In this document: piece after piece, positions 1 through 10,282 of the stretch
How the letters are laid out: every line of letters begins with the position of its first letter
Position numbering within the stretch: position 1 is the first letter of the stretch
Assembly: GCA_049437325.1 (NCBI GenBank)
Contig: JBMTIM010000010.1
Span: 57-64,056, forward strand
Direction: 5' to 3'
Origin: Acidimicrobiales bacterium
GTDB taxonomy: Bacteria > Actinomycetota > Acidimicrobiia > Acidimicrobiales > Aldehydirespiratoraceae
DNA: 64,000 nt
The notes under the pieces: generated by a model
The model's input: only the letters and a program-made list of their open reading frames with translations
What the model was told of the DNA's origin: nothing
The model's database searches: none
Translations under genes and position numbers: made by a program

Positions 1-267
1 CTCGGCCAGAAGAACGCTGACGGGCCGATTCCCCTTCTTGATTGCGTGCCGCTTCATGAACCGGTGGAAATCGCCTCGTGCGGCGAGAAGGCCCCCCACC
101 ACGGTCGGCGCCTTGAGGGTCACCCCGAGGTTGACATGGGCGATCACGTCCCGAACCCGCCAACCGTCACACAGCGACGCAGCGTCCCACTCGGCGGCCG
201 AAAGGTCGCACACTGTGTCGAAGAGCGCTGCGCGTTCTTGTTGCAGGGCCGGTTTCTCGTCGATCAT
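1..267 (-). CDS. Mycothiol-dependent maleylpyruvate isomerase (MDMPI/DinB) family protein, 3' end runs off window
   Basis: Manual translation from ATG 267: MIDEKPALQQERAALFDTVCDLSAAEWDAASLCDGWRVRDVIAHV; the SLCxGWxVRDVxAH motif is typical of the family. Not in the ORF track. Confidence 0.8.
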   Translation of the reverse strand, partial: MIDEKPALQQERAALFDTVCDLSAAEWDAASLCDGWRVRDVIAHVNLGVTLKAPTVVGGLLAARGDFHRFMKRHAIKKGNRPVSVLLAE

Positions 268-327
268 GCGGCCCGATCCTGACAGCGGAACCAGGGTCCT
301 GCAATCACGCCGAGTACGGTCGCAGCG

Positions 328-1578
328 ATGGCAGGTGATCCAGCGGGCATGCGACGTTTCGAGTCGCTGGAACAGCCCGAGTTCCGGCGTCTGTGGTGGG
401 GCGGCCTGTTCGTGTTTCTCGCCATGCAAACCCAGCAGATCGCCCGTAGTTGGCTCGCCTACGAACTGACCGGCACGAACACCGCCCTCGGCGGCGTCCT
501 CATCGGCTTCGGGATCGCCGGCCTCATTGCGATCCCGACCGGGGGTGTGTTGGCCGATCGGGTCAACAAACGCACCATCCTCGTGTCGACGCAGCTGATC
601 AACACGTTCGTTGCGATCTCGATCGCCGTTGCCATCGAAACCGGGGCACTTCGCTACTGGATGATCGTGGTTGCGTCGGTGATCGGAGGCTCGACCATCT
701 CGATCCTGGCACCGGCGCGCATGGCAATGACGGCCGAGATCATCGATCGTGATCGCCTCACCAATGCGATCATGCTCGGCCAGATGTCAGCCCAGGCGAG
801 CCGTGTGGTCGGCCCGGCCGTTGCCGGCTTCCTGATCGGCGTGTCGTTCGTCGGGGCGGAGGGCGTCTACTACCTGAGCGCACTGCTCTCACTCTTCGCA
901 GTTGGTCTCTCGATGGTTCTCCCCCTGGGTGCGCCCCAGCGGCGCTCCGACCGAAGCCCGATCGAGGATCTCCGCGAGGGAATCCGCTACACCCGAGGCA
1001 ACCCGGAACTCGTTCGCCTTCTCGTCGCCAGCCTCTTGATCGTCATGTTCGGGTTCGCCTATCAGGCCTTTCTGCCATCGATGGTCGCAGACCTGTTCGG
1101 TCGCGGCGCCGGCTCACTCGGCGCGATGACCACGGTGGGAGCGGTTGGCGCGGTGCTCATGTCGATCGTGTTGGCGAACACCCCGCGAGAACGACTGACC
1201 GACCTCCAGGGTCAGGCGGCATTCGCACTCGGCGTGACGATCGTGCTGTTCGCCAGTGCGCCAACCTACGGGCTTGCCCTTGCCGCGATGGCCCTGATCG
1301 GGGCGGCAACGTCGGCGTTCCAATCGCTCAACGGTTCGTTGATCTTGTCGATCGCCGACATGGCCTACCACGGTCGAGTGCAGTCGTTGATCATGTTGAG
1401 CTTCTCCGCTTTCGGCCTCGCCGCCCTTCCGTTCGGCATGCTCGCCGATGCGGTCGGGCTTCGCGAAACCATGGCCGGTATGGGTGTCGTGGTGTGCATC
1501 ACCGCACTACACAGCCACCTCTGGCGCCGCCGCATCGAAGCGGCAAAGCTCGGATCGTCCACCCTCGGCACCTTGTGA
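328..1578 (+). CDS. MFS transporter
   Basis: About 12 hydrophobic segments; motif A-like GGVLADRVNKR; TACGGT -10 box 7 nt before the ATG. Confidence 0.9.
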   Translation: MAGDPAGMRRFESLEQPEFRRLWWGGLFVFLAMQTQQIARSWLAYELTGTNTALGGVLIGFGIAGLIAIPTGGVLADRVNKRTILVSTQLINTFVAISIAVAIETGALRYWMIVVASVIGGSTISILAPARMAMTAEIIDRDRLTNAIMLGQMSAQASRVVGPAVAGFLIGVSFVGAEGVYYLSALLSLFAVGLSMVLPLGAPQRRSDRSPIEDLREGIRYTRGNPELVRLLVASLLIVMFGFAYQAFLPSMVADLFGRGAGSLGAMTTVGAVGAVLMSIVLANTPRERLTDLQGQAAFALGVTIVLFASAPTYGLALAAMALIGAATSAFQSLNGSLILSIADMAYHGRVQSLIMLSFSAFGLAALPFGMLADAVGLRETMAGMGVVVCITALHSHLWRRRIEAAKLGSSTLGTL

Positions 1579-1588
1579 GGTCTCGACC

Positions 1589-1963
1589 ATGATCATCGAC
1601 GACAACGACCCTGTTGTGCGCCTGTGGCGCCGGTTGTGGATCGACGGCGACCACACTGCGGCCACCGAACTGCTGACCGATCCGTTCGTGCGACACACCA
1701 TCGAAGGACGAACGGTCGATACGGCCAGCGCTTACGGCCACCATGTCTGCACCGTGACCCGCCACCTCAAAGGCACTGACGTGGTGGTTGACCACTTGAG
1801 CCACTCCGACGACATCACCCACGTTCGCTTCACGCTCGAAGGCGTCAACCTCACATCGGGTGAGCCGATCTCGATCGGTTGGATCGCCCAGTACCGAAGC
1901 GAGAACGGCCGGATCGCAGAGGCGTGGACGATGCGTCAGACCGACTTCTCCTGGCACGACTGA
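1589..1963 (+). CDS. SnoaL/ester cyclase (NTF2-like) protein
   Basis: MIIDDNDPVVRLW...YRSENGRIAEAW; C-terminal GRIAEAW pattern typical of the NTF2-like fold. Confidence 0.7.
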   Translation: MIIDDNDPVVRLWRRLWIDGDHTAATELLTDPFVRHTIEGRTVDTASAYGHHVCTVTRHLKGTDVVVDHLSHSDDITHVRFTLEGVNLTSGEPISIGWIAQYRSENGRIAEAWTMRQTDFSWHD

Positions 1964-2008
1964 ACACCAACAACGCTCGTGCGACGGGGGAGCCGCAGGA
2001 GCCCGCGA

Positions 2009-2836
2009 TCAGGAGCCGGTGAGCCAGGTCGCCGGGTGCATGTCGTCGGCGAACATCTTCTGCTGCCAGCGCTGCATACCGGTGATCCACCGGTCGACGT
2101 CGTCGCCCTTGCGCCGCACGTACTCTTCGACCTCGGGGTGAGGTAACACATGGAACCGTTCTTCACGCAACGCTTGCACGACGACCTCGACTGCTTCCTC
2201 AGCGGTCAGATGACCGTCGGCACCGGCGACATCGGCACCCCGGGCCTGCATCGTCGAGGCGTCGGGGCTGTTCACAACGATGTTGGTCTGCACCGCCTGC
2301 GGGCACAGCACCGAGACCTTGATCCCCTGATGGCCATGGGTGATTGCGATCCACTCGGCGAGCGCCACCGCAGCGTGTTTGGTGACGGCGTAGTGCATCG
2401 ACCCGAACTGGGAGAGCAAGCCAGCCGCCGACGCTGTGTTGAGCAGGTAGCCGTGGCCGCGGTCGGCCATGTATGGCACAACGGCCTGCGCCGCGTAGAC
2501 GTGGGCGAGCACGTGGACCTCCCACATGCGGTTCATGTCCTCGACGGGCGCTTCGAGTCCACCGAGGGTCACGTAGCCGGCATTCGACACGAACAGGTCG
2601 ATCGGGCCGATGTCGCGTTCGGTCGAATCGACAAGCGCCTTGATCGCTGCCGCATCGGCGACATCGACCGCGGCTGCCGTGCCGCCGACCGCCTCGGCCA
2701 CCGCCTGTGCCCCAGCTTCGTCGCGGTCGACGACCACGACGTGGGCCGCTCCGTCGGCGTGGGCCCGCTCCGCGAGTGCCTTTCCGATACCGCTCGCACC
2801 GCCGGTGATGACGATCGTCTTCCCCTCGAGTTCCAT
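2009..2836 (-). CDS. Short-chain dehydrogenase/reductase
   Basis: TGGASGIG, NAG, YAVTK (YxxxK). Confidence 0.95.
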   Translation of the reverse strand: MELEGKTIVITGGASGIGKALAERAHADGAAHVVVVDRDEAGAQAVAEAVGGTAAAVDVADAAAIKALVDSTERDIGPIDLFVSNAGYVTLGGLEAPVEDMNRMWEVHVLAHVYAAQAVVPYMADRGHGYLLNTASAAGLLSQFGSMHYAVTKHAAVALAEWIAITHGHQGIKVSVLCPQAVQTNIVVNSPDASTMQARGADVAGADGHLTAEEAVEVVVQALREERFHVLPHPEVEEYVRRKGDDVDRWITGMQRWQQKMFADDMHPATWLTGS

Positions 2837-2876
2837 GGCGTTGGAACCTAATCGGGCGTTCGTCGAGCTGTCAGGC

Positions 2877-3803
2877 TCAGAGGGCGCCGAGCTCCTCCCG
2901 CTGCTCGGAGGTCATCTGCCAGGCGGCGGCCGCTGCGTTCATGGCGACCTGTTCGGGCTTCGTCGCGCCGGAGATGACCGAGGTGACCCGATCGTCGGCG
3001 ACCAGCCATGCGATGGCGGCCTGGAGCAGCGTGTGCCCCGTCGACTCGGCCCATGCCCTCATCGCCGCAACCCGCGATGCCCGCTCAGCGTTGAGGAAGC
3101 GCTCGGCCCGGTCGCCCATCGACGCAAGCCGCGTGCCCTCGGGGGCCGCCTCCCCGTACGTGTACTTGCCGGTCAGCACGCCGGACTCGAGCGGGAAGAA
3201 CGGCACGAAACCGATCGCAAGGCGACCGCACGTGTCGAGCACACCGTCGCTCTCGGGGTCGCGGGTGAGCAGGCTGTAGTGGTTCTGCACCGTCTGGAAG
3301 CGGGGCATGCCGGGCTCGCACGCGACTTCTTCGGCTTCCTCGAGTTGTGCGGCATCGAAATTCGAGCAGCCGATCTCGCGCACCTTGCCCTCTGCGACCA
3401 GCTCGGCCAAGGCACCCATCGTCTCCGCGATGGGCGTGCGGCCGTCGGGGCGGTGGTACTGGTAGTGGTCGATGTAGTCGGTGCCGAGGCGGGACAGGCT
3501 TGCTTCGACCGCGGTTCGAACGGCTTGGGCCGAACCCGTCGCCGGATCGTCGTCGGGTGTCGGGAGCATGCCCCACTTGGTGGCGATCAGCACCTCGTCG
3601 CGCCGGCCGCGTAGGGCTGCGCCAAGGTATTCCTCGGACCGTCCGGCGCCGTAGCCCTCGGCCGTGTCGAAGTAGTTGATGCCGGCATCGATCGCGGCAT
3701 CGACGACGAGCTTGGTCTGGGCCGCGTCGATGCGCATCCCGAAGTTGTTGCAGCCGAGCCCGACGACCGATGCGTCGAGCTGGCCGATGGAGCGGTAGTG
3801 CAT
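2877..3803 (-). CDS. Aldo/keto reductase
   Basis: GLGCNNFG, FDTAEGYG, ATKWG, GCSNF; start taken at MHYRSIG. Confidence 0.93.
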   Translation of the reverse strand: MHYRSIGQLDASVVGLGCNNFGMRIDAAQTKLVVDAAIDAGINYFDTAEGYGAGRSEEYLGAALRGRRDEVLIATKWGMLPTPDDDPATGSAQAVRTAVEASLSRLGTDYIDHYQYHRPDGRTPIAETMGALAELVAEGKVREIGCSNFDAAQLEEAEEVACEPGMPRFQTVQNHYSLLTRDPESDGVLDTCGRLAIGFVPFFPLESGVLTGKYTYGEAAPEGTRLASMGDRAERFLNAERASRVAAMRAWAESTGHTLLQAAIAWLVADDRVTSVISGATKPEQVAMNAAAAAWQMTSEQREELGAL

Positions 3804-3813
3804 ACCGCCGAAC

Positions 3814-6078
3814 CTACTGCCGTGACATCTCCGCAGTTGCGGTCGCCCTGGTCTCGCTCTCGCTACGGCGGATCGGCAGCTGGATCTCGACCTCGTGCAA
3901 CGTGCCGGTGAAGGCGTACGGCGCCTCGTACCGATCCGACACAGCCGAGCCGTGGTCCTGCCCGAGACTCGAACCGACCGACGACACCATGCGCATGTAG
4001 AAGCCGATATCGCCGCGTCCACAGGGTTCGCCGTTGATCGAGATCTCGCAGAAGCCGGTGGTGCGGCTCTCACGTTCGAGGTGGACGCTCAGCTCGACAT
4101 CGCCAGCCGGCACGTCGATCATCGACTCGACGATCGTGTGGTCGTTGAACGAGTTGTAGTCCGCCACGAGCTTGCCGTTCTGTACGAAGACCGAGAAGCC
4201 CGAGTTCTCGTTGCCGGTCGCCCAGAGCACACCGTGATCACCGGGCTCGATGGTCACCCGCGCCGTGAGGTCGAACGAGCGACCCCCGACGGCCGCCGAC
4301 GGCTGCGAGGGCATCGGTGACATGGGCGGTCGATACACGTAGTGGCGGTCGGGGCGATGGGGCGAGTGCTCGCTGAGGTGGGGCGCGAACAGTTCGAAGC
4401 CGCGATCGTCGAGCGGCAGCACACCGTTGCGTTCCGCCTCCTGCCACCACAGATCGACGATCGTCGCGAGCATCTCCGGCTCGGCCTCGGCGAGGTCGTC
4501 GAGTTCAGAGGGGTCGTTGTCGATCCGGTAGAGCTCCCAGGGTTCGGTGTCGAAGTCGTCACCCTGGTTGTGTTTGGTGACGCCCTTCCACCAGGCACCG
4601 TCGATCTCGGCCACGAGGGCGCGGCTGCCACCGTTCTCGAAGTACTGGAGGGTGTTGGCGGCCGGGGCCGCGGCGTCGTGGAGGATCGACCGGAACGAAC
4701 GGCCGGTAACCGGTAGCTGTGGGATGCCCTTGTAGGTCTCGGGCGCGGTGACGCCGAGCAGTTCATAGATGGTGGGAGTGACGTCGGAGACGTTGATGAA
4801 CTGCTTGCGCATCGTGCCCGCCTCCTCGCCGAGGCCCGCGGGCCAGTGCATGATCATCGGAACGTGGACGCCGCCCTCGTGGGTGTTCTGCTTGTACCAC
4901 CGGAACGGCGAGTTGCCGGCCTGCGCCCAACCCCACGGGTAGTTGGTGTGGCTGTGGGGGCCGCCGATGTCGTCGATCCGCTCGACCGCTTCCTGCGGGG
5001 TTTCGAGGATCCCGTTGAAGAACTTCATCTCGTGCATGACCCCGAACGGGCCGCCTTCCTGCGAGGCGCCGTTGTCGGCGAGCACGACGACGATCGTGTT
5101 GTCGAGTTCGCCCATGTCGCGAAGCCCGTCGATCAGGCGGCCGATCTGATCGTCGGTGTGGTCGAGGAACGCCGCAAACGCCTCCTGAAGACGACAGGCC
5201 AGCCGGCGGTCGGCTTCGGGCATCTCGTCCCACGCCGCCACACCTGGATTGCGCGGAGCGAGCTCGGTGCCGGGCTCGATCACGCCGAGTTCGATCTGGC
5301 GTTCGTACCAGCGCTGACGGATGATGTCCCAGCCTTCGTCGTACTTGCCTCGGTACTTGTCGAGGTATTCCTGCGGGGCCTGATGCGGCGCATGGGTCGC
5401 GCCGAACGGCAGGTAGCCGAAGAACGGCCGATCGGGCCGCACGCCCTTGCTGTTGCTGATCATCAACAGCAGGTTGTCGACCAGGTCTTCGCTGACGTGG
5501 TAGCCGTCCTCGGGACCGGCCGGCGGGTCGACATGGGTGTTGTCCTGCACTAGCTCGGGATGGAACTGATCGGTCTCACCCTCGAGGAAGCCGTAGAAGC
5601 GGTCGAACCCGCGCTGCACCGGCCAATGGTCGAACGGGCCGGCCGCCGATGTGTCCTGCGTGGGTGCGAGATGCCACTTGCCGGCGCAGAACGTGGCGTA
5701 GCCCTCAGCGCTCAGCACCTCGGCGATCGTGGCGGCCGAATGGCTGATGTAGCCGAGTTGGCTCGGGAACCCGGTTCGCCAGTTCGACACGCCGCGCATG
5801 CCGACCGCGTGCTGCGATCGGCCGGTGAGCAGGGCGGCACGTGTCGGCGAACACAACGGCGTGACGTGGAAGTTGGTGAACTGCACGCCACCGGCACACA
5901 GCGCGTCGACGTTGGGCGTGTCGATGTCGGAGCCGTAGCAGCCGAACTGAGCGAAGCCGAGGTCGTCGATCAACACGATCACGACGTTCGGCGCGTCGTC
6001 GCCGGGGTGCGGGGGCTCGATGAAGTGCGGCGTGGAGTCGGCCAGCGTGCGGCCGATCGTGCCCTGGAACTCGGTCAT
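3814..6078 (-). CDS. Arylsulfatase (Cys-type, formylglycine-dependent), copy 1
   Basis: DDLG, CSPTRAALLTGR signature, GKWHL, DNG. Confidence 0.95.
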   Translation of the reverse strand: MTEFQGTIGRTLADSTPHFIEPPHPGDDAPNVVIVLIDDLGFAQFGCYGSDIDTPNVDALCAGGVQFTNFHVTPLCSPTRAALLTGRSQHAVGMRGVSNWRTGFPSQLGYISHSAATIAEVLSAEGYATFCAGKWHLAPTQDTSAAGPFDHWPVQRGFDRFYGFLEGETDQFHPELVQDNTHVDPPAGPEDGYHVSEDLVDNLLLMISNSKGVRPDRPFFGYLPFGATHAPHQAPQEYLDKYRGKYDEGWDIIRQRWYERQIELGVIEPGTELAPRNPGVAAWDEMPEADRRLACRLQEAFAAFLDHTDDQIGRLIDGLRDMGELDNTIVVVLADNGASQEGGPFGVMHEMKFFNGILETPQEAVERIDDIGGPHSHTNYPWGWAQAGNSPFRWYKQNTHEGGVHVPMIMHWPAGLGEEAGTMRKQFINVSDVTPTIYELLGVTAPETYKGIPQLPVTGRSFRSILHDAAAPAANTLQYFENGGSRALVAEIDGAWWKGVTKHNQGDDFDTEPWELYRIDNDPSELDDLAEAEPEMLATIVDLWWQEAERNGVLPLDDRGFELFAPHLSEHSPHRPDRHYVYRPPMSPMPSQPSAAVGGRSFDLTARVTIEPGDHGVLWATGNENSGFSVFVQNGKLVADYNSFNDHTIVESMIDVPAGDVELSVHLERESRTTGFCEISINGEPCGRGDIGFYMRMVSSVGSSLGQDHGSAVSDRYEAPYAFTGTLHEVEIQLPIRRSESETRATATAEMSRQ

Positions 6079-6113
6079 GGGGTGTCTCCTGTCGATCAGT
6101 GCGCGTGCGGCGG

Positions 6114-6935
6114 TCAGATGGTGACGGTGGTGAGGTCGTCGCCAATGACGACCTCACCGTCGAAGAACGCGGCGGCTCGCGCGATCCAGTCGGGGTAGTC
6201 GGCCGGTTGCGGGGCGGGGACCATGTGGGTCAGCACCAAGCGTTTCGAACCGACCCGCGACGCCGTCTGGGCCGCGTCGGCGACCCCGGAGTGGTACTCG
6301 AGGATGTCCTGGACCCCTTCCATCGGGATCGGTTCGAGGATGTCGCGCCGCAGCACCGTCTGGACGTACGCGTCGGCATCGCGGGCCAGTTCATCGACGC
6401 CATCACACGGCAGCGTGTCGCCGACCAGCGCAGCAATCGCACCCTCGTGTTCGATGCGGAAACCGATGGTTGGCTTCACCGGCGAGTGCTCGGTCGCTGC
6501 AGTGGTGATCTGCACGTCGTTGACCGTGAACGAGTCGCCGGGCTCGAGGTCGGTGACCTCGTACTGCGGACCGTTGGTCAGGAAGTCGTGATGCTCGACC
6601 CGGTACGAGATGTCGGGTTCGAGTGCGTGCATCTGGCGTTCGACGAACTGCGTGGTTCCGACCGGACCATAGATCTTCAGGGTCGCGGTCTCCTGCGACA
6701 TGACCCAGTGCGTGGTGATGACGTCGTTGAGGGCACACACATGGTCCGAGTGCAGGTGTGTGACGAGGACGGCGGCGAGGAAGGGAGGACCGGACCCCGC
6801 ACCGGCGAGGCGCATGACGACACCGCGACCGGCATCGACGAGGATGTGCGAGTCCCCCGCCTTCACCAGTGTCGAGGGTCCGGCCCGGTTGGGGTCGGGA
6901 ATCGGCGTGCCGGTGCCGGTGAGAACGATTTCCAT
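6114..6935 (-). CDS. RNase Z/AtsA-like metallo-beta-lactamase fold hydrolase
   Basis: LTGTGTP, VDAGRG, THLHSDH, GDT, YHS, LTH. Confidence 0.88.
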   Translation of the reverse strand: MEIVLTGTGTPIPDPNRAGPSTLVKAGDSHILVDAGRGVVMRLAGAGSGPPFLAAVLVTHLHSDHVCALNDVITTHWVMSQETATLKIYGPVGTTQFVERQMHALEPDISYRVEHHDFLTNGPQYEVTDLEPGDSFTVNDVQITTAATEHSPVKPTIGFRIEHEGAIAALVGDTLPCDGVDELARDADAYVQTVLRRDILEPIPMEGVQDILEYHSGVADAAQTASRVGSKRLVLTHMVPAPQPADYPDWIARAAAFFDGEVVIGDDLTTVTI

Positions 6936-7567
6936 CAGCTGTCCTCCTGTGCTGCGTCATGAGCGGCCTTGGTCGCAGGGTGATCGAGTGGCGGTTCGGT
7001 GAGCCGGCGCAACCGGTTCCGGAAGGGCCCGTAGCGCCACACCATCACCGCCTCGTCCCCACTGCCGTCGAGGTGTCGGGTGACGGCCACGACCTTCTTG
7101 TTGAACGGTCGTAGCTTGTGCACGCCGTCCTCCCATGTCGCGGCCACGCGGATCCGCGGACCGCCGATACCGGCGGTGTCGTCGACACCGTTTTCGAGGG
7201 TGCCGTCGCAGAACATGTCATGGACGAGACCACCGGTGGTGATCGTGATCCGATTCCCGGCCTGTTCGACTCGCTCGACGTGGCCCTTCATGCGGCCCTC
7301 GTAGCACTCCCAGACACCGCGCAGGTCGGCCGCGCCGTCGACGAGCGGCTCGAGGCAGCCATCGAGCGTGCGACTCGGCCAGTCGTTCCACGTCGCATCG
7401 GGTGCAGTACGTTCGAGCGGGATGTCCGAAGCGGGTGGCCCCGAACCGTCGAGGTCGGGACGGCCATAGTCGGCGGGATTGTGAGGGCGGGCGTACGTTG
7501 CGAGCTCGTCGTTGTCGACACCGCCGAACACCTGCTTGAGTACAGCAACGATCGGGATCTTGGCCAT
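6935..7567 (-). CDS. Hypothetical protein (possible beta-barrel)
   Basis: MAKIPIVAV... translationally coupled to both neighbours; DLRGVW and ERVEQAGNRITIT segments. Confidence 0.7.
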   Translation of the reverse strand: MAKIPIVAVLKQVFGGVDNDELATYARPHNPADYGRPDLDGSGPPASDIPLERTAPDATWNDWPSRTLDGCLEPLVDGAADLRGVWECYEGRMKGHVERVEQAGNRITITTGGLVHDMFCDGTLENGVDDTAGIGGPRIRVAATWEDGVHKLRPFNKKVVAVTRHLDGSGDEAVMVWRYGPFRNRLRRLTEPPLDHPATKAAHDAAQEDS

Positions 7568-8748
7568 CAGGTCTCCTCCGGTCCCCAGACTTCCAGGTTG
7601 TTCACGCGCTCGACTCGGCGGATCGTGCGCAGGTCGAGCCAGGGCTCGAGTCCGCAGGCTCGGAAGACCTCGCGGGCGCGAGCCTGCGCTTCGGGCGCCG
7701 CCGCCGCCAAATCGTCGTGCAGTTTCTGCATCAGCCAGAAGCGGTACGGCATGACGCCTGTGGTCAGCTCGATGCCCCGCCACTCGAAGGTGGCGGTGCC
7801 CCGGCCGACGAGCCCCCTTCCACCTTTGAGACCGCGGTCGCCGGGTCGCTCGAGTCCGTTCGTTCCCGGTTCGATCTGTGGGTTGGCGGCCAAGTAGTCG
7901 TTGGCCTCGTCGACGTGAGCAACCAACTCGGGCAGGTACTCGACACTCACGAACCGCATCAGCTCGAGCAGGGTCTCGGGCAAGGTCCCAGAGTCGACGA
8001 GCGATCCGTCGTGGTCGGGAAATTCGTGGAGATACGGCTCCGAGGTGGTCATCCGCTCGACCCAGCGCCCGACCCGCGGCGCCCGCTGCTTGATCAGTGA
8101 CGCCGGAGCGGGGTCGCGGTACAGATGGGCCCACATCGCGGCGATCAAGCCGAAGTCGCCGATCGTCGGACGCCCGCCGAGCAGGTACGGGTGATGCTCG
8201 AGGTGAGCGGAGAAGAGGTCGAGGAACTCCTCGAACGCGGCTTCGATGAGATCTATCGACTCGGGGACGACGCCGAAGGTCACTGCGGCCTTTCGCATCC
8301 GGCCACTGTTGTGGAGGAAGCCTTCCTCGTCGTGCGTCCCCGGTGGGACCAGAACGGAGAACTCGTCGTTGAGAAAGGCGAGGTTTTGGTCGTCGAAGTT
8401 CCAGCGGTAGTGCATCGCCGGACGAAGCAGGCCCTCGCCCCCAAAGACCTCGAAGACATGGCTGATCGCAAGGAGCGTCGGGTCGTCGGGGTAGCTGTCG
8501 AACGCCCGAAGCCTCTGCCCCGGCCCGTTCTCGAAGTGGTCGATGATGTCGGCGCCGTCCTGAATGACCTCGCCGTCGGGCGTTTCCAACACCGGGATGA
8601 TCCAGCGCTTGATCTGCGGCACGATCTCCTCGAGGTAGCGCTCACACCCGGGCGACAACTCGACGAAGTCGATGCCTTGGCGACGAAGATACGCCCGCGC
8701 CTTGCCGGTGTAGAGCGACACCGGAGCGCCGTAAAGGGTGTAGGTCAT
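7567..8748 (-). CDS. Glutathione S-transferase family protein
   Basis: LYGAPVSLYTGKARAYL, IPVL, QDGADII, YLLGGRPTIGDF. Confidence 0.88.
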   Translation of the reverse strand: MTYTLYGAPVSLYTGKARAYLRRQGIDFVELSPGCERYLEEIVPQIKRWIIPVLETPDGEVIQDGADIIDHFENGPGQRLRAFDSYPDDPTLLAISHVFEVFGGEGLLRPAMHYRWNFDDQNLAFLNDEFSVLVPPGTHDEEGFLHNSGRMRKAAVTFGVVPESIDLIEAAFEEFLDLFSAHLEHHPYLLGGRPTIGDFGLIAAMWAHLYRDPAPASLIKQRAPRVGRWVERMTTSEPYLHEFPDHDGSLVDSGTLPETLLELMRFVSVEYLPELVAHVDEANDYLAANPQIEPGTNGLERPGDRGLKGGRGLVGRGTATFEWRGIELTTGVMPYRFWLMQKLHDDLAAAAPEAQARAREVFRACGLEPWLDLRTIRRVERVNNLEVWGPEET

Positions 8749-9350
8749 CGAGTTGCCTCCTCGATCGAGGTGACCGGCACGGGTCCGTGGAATCCGGAGC
8801 CGTCGACGATCACCAAGCGGGCCGGATTCGGCAGTGCCGCAACGAGCGGACGGGCCAGCCCGACGGCCCGAGACGACCACTCATCGGGCAGCGCGGACGT
8901 AACCTCCCGCCTCGACGTCCAGGCCGGCACGAGTGCCGTCCCGTCGCCAACATCGAGTACATCGATCGTCCGGCCCGCGTCGAAGCGCACGGTGTGGTGC
9001 TTGTCAACCGACAGTTCGTGCACTCCGTCGGCGAGCGGAGCGACGGGGCTGGGGACGGCGACCCGGACCATGCGATGTCCGGCCACGTTGCGAACCTCGA
9101 GTGGCCCGTCGTCGTCGGCCCCCGGAGACCGACGGAAGAAGGCGAGGTCGGCACCGGCCGCGCCTGCGCCGGCGAGCAACCAGCCCGCAGGCAGGTCGAG
9201 ACGCTCGACCGCCGCATGCTCGACGACGGTCTGGCAAAGCCACACGCTGTTCGTGGCGATCTCCACCAACTCGAGCCGGACACCAGGGCCGAGGGTCCAG
9301 TTGTCGGACCACTCGACGGTGCCGATCGCGGGGTCGGCGGCGACCGTCAC
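8745..9350 (-). CDS. Hypothetical protein
   Basis: GTG start overlaps the dehalogenase stop (GTGA); stop overlaps the GST start. Confidence 0.65.
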   Translation of the reverse strand: MTVAADPAIGTVEWSDNWTLGPGVRLELVEIATNSVWLCQTVVEHAAVERLDLPAGWLLAGAGAAGADLAFFRRSPGADDDGPLEVRNVAGHRMVRVAVPSPVAPLADGVHELSVDKHHTVRFDAGRTIDVLDVGDGTALVPAWTSRREVTSALPDEWSSRAVGLARPLVAALPNPARLVIVDGSGFHGPVPVTSIEEATR

Positions 9351-10282
9351 GAGGCCGGCCCCAGCCAGGCGAGCAGTGCGTCGTTGTAGGCCCCAGGGAT
9401 GTCCTCCTGAAGGAAGTGACCACCGCCCTCCAGGATCACGTGGGGTTGCCCGGCCGCGCCGGGAATGCGCTCGACGATCGGCTTCCAGCCGTCGGGAGCG
9501 ACGGTATCCATGTCGCTGAAGATGGTGAGGACCGGCTTGGTCCATTCGTCCAGCACCTTCCACGCCTCGTAGTTCGCCGGGTACATCGGGTTGTCGGGCC
9601 GCGTCGGCAGCAGCTGGGTGAACGCTCGGCTCCCGATCGTGAGATCGGGATCGGGATAGGGCGCGTGATAGCCGGCGATCTGCTCGGGTGTCGGTTCGTT
9701 GGCGAGCACCAGTGGGAGCAGCGTCCACGGTTCCCATTTCGGTGCGGTGCGAGCCATCTCCTGAAAGTCGGCGTACGGACCGGTGGCGTCGATGTCGGCG
9801 GGGAGTGGCTCGGTGATGTCGCGCCAGGGCAGCCCTGTGTTGGAGATGACCATTCGCTCGACGAGATCTGGTTGCTCGGCAGCGAGCCGCATGCCGATGA
9901 TCCCGCCCCAGTCGTGCAGCACGAAGGTGCACTCCGAGAGCACCAGTTGATCGATGAGCAGACACCGCATCCACTCGACGTGGCGCTCGACCGAGTAGTC
10001 GTCGAGCTCTGACGGCTTGTCGGACATGCCCATGCCGACGAGGTCCGGAGCGATCACCCGATATCCCGCGTCGACCAGCGGGCCGATCTGGTGGCGCCAC
10101 AGGTACGACCACGACGGATTCCCGTGGAGCAACACGACGGGCGACGCGAACGGCAAGCCGGCGTCGATGACGTTGATGCTGATGATCTGACCGTCGCCGG
10201 ACGGGATCTCGACCCAGCTGCGCTCGGTCGGGTATCCGGGCAGGCCGTCGACAGCGTCGGCCGGACTCTGGAGGATCTTCAC
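9347..10282 (-). CDS. Haloalkane dehalogenase (alpha/beta hydrolase)
   Basis: LLHGNPSWSYLWR, APDLVGMGMSDKP, nucleophile HDWGG, GHFLQED. Confidence 0.9.
   Translation of the reverse strand: MKILQSPADAVDGLPGYPTERSWVEIPSGDGQIISINVIDAGLPFASPVVLLHGNPSWSYLWRHQIGPLVDAGYRVIAPDLVGMGMSDKPSELDDYSVERHVEWMRCLLIDQLVLSECTFVLHDWGGIIGMRLAAEQPDLVERMVISNTGLPWRDITEPLPADIDATGPYADFQEMARTAPKWEPWTLLPLVLANEPTPEQIAGYHAPYPDPDLTIGSRAFTQLLPTRPDNPMYPANYEAWKVLDEWTKPVLTIFSDMDTVAPDGWKPIVERIPGAAGQPHVILEGGGHFLQEDIPGAYNDALLAWLGPAS

Noticed and set aside
6114-6935. Calling this gene the housekeeping rnz
   Set aside because: Its operon context with a sulfatase and catabolic genes favours a small-molecule hydrolase, so the symbol is withheld.
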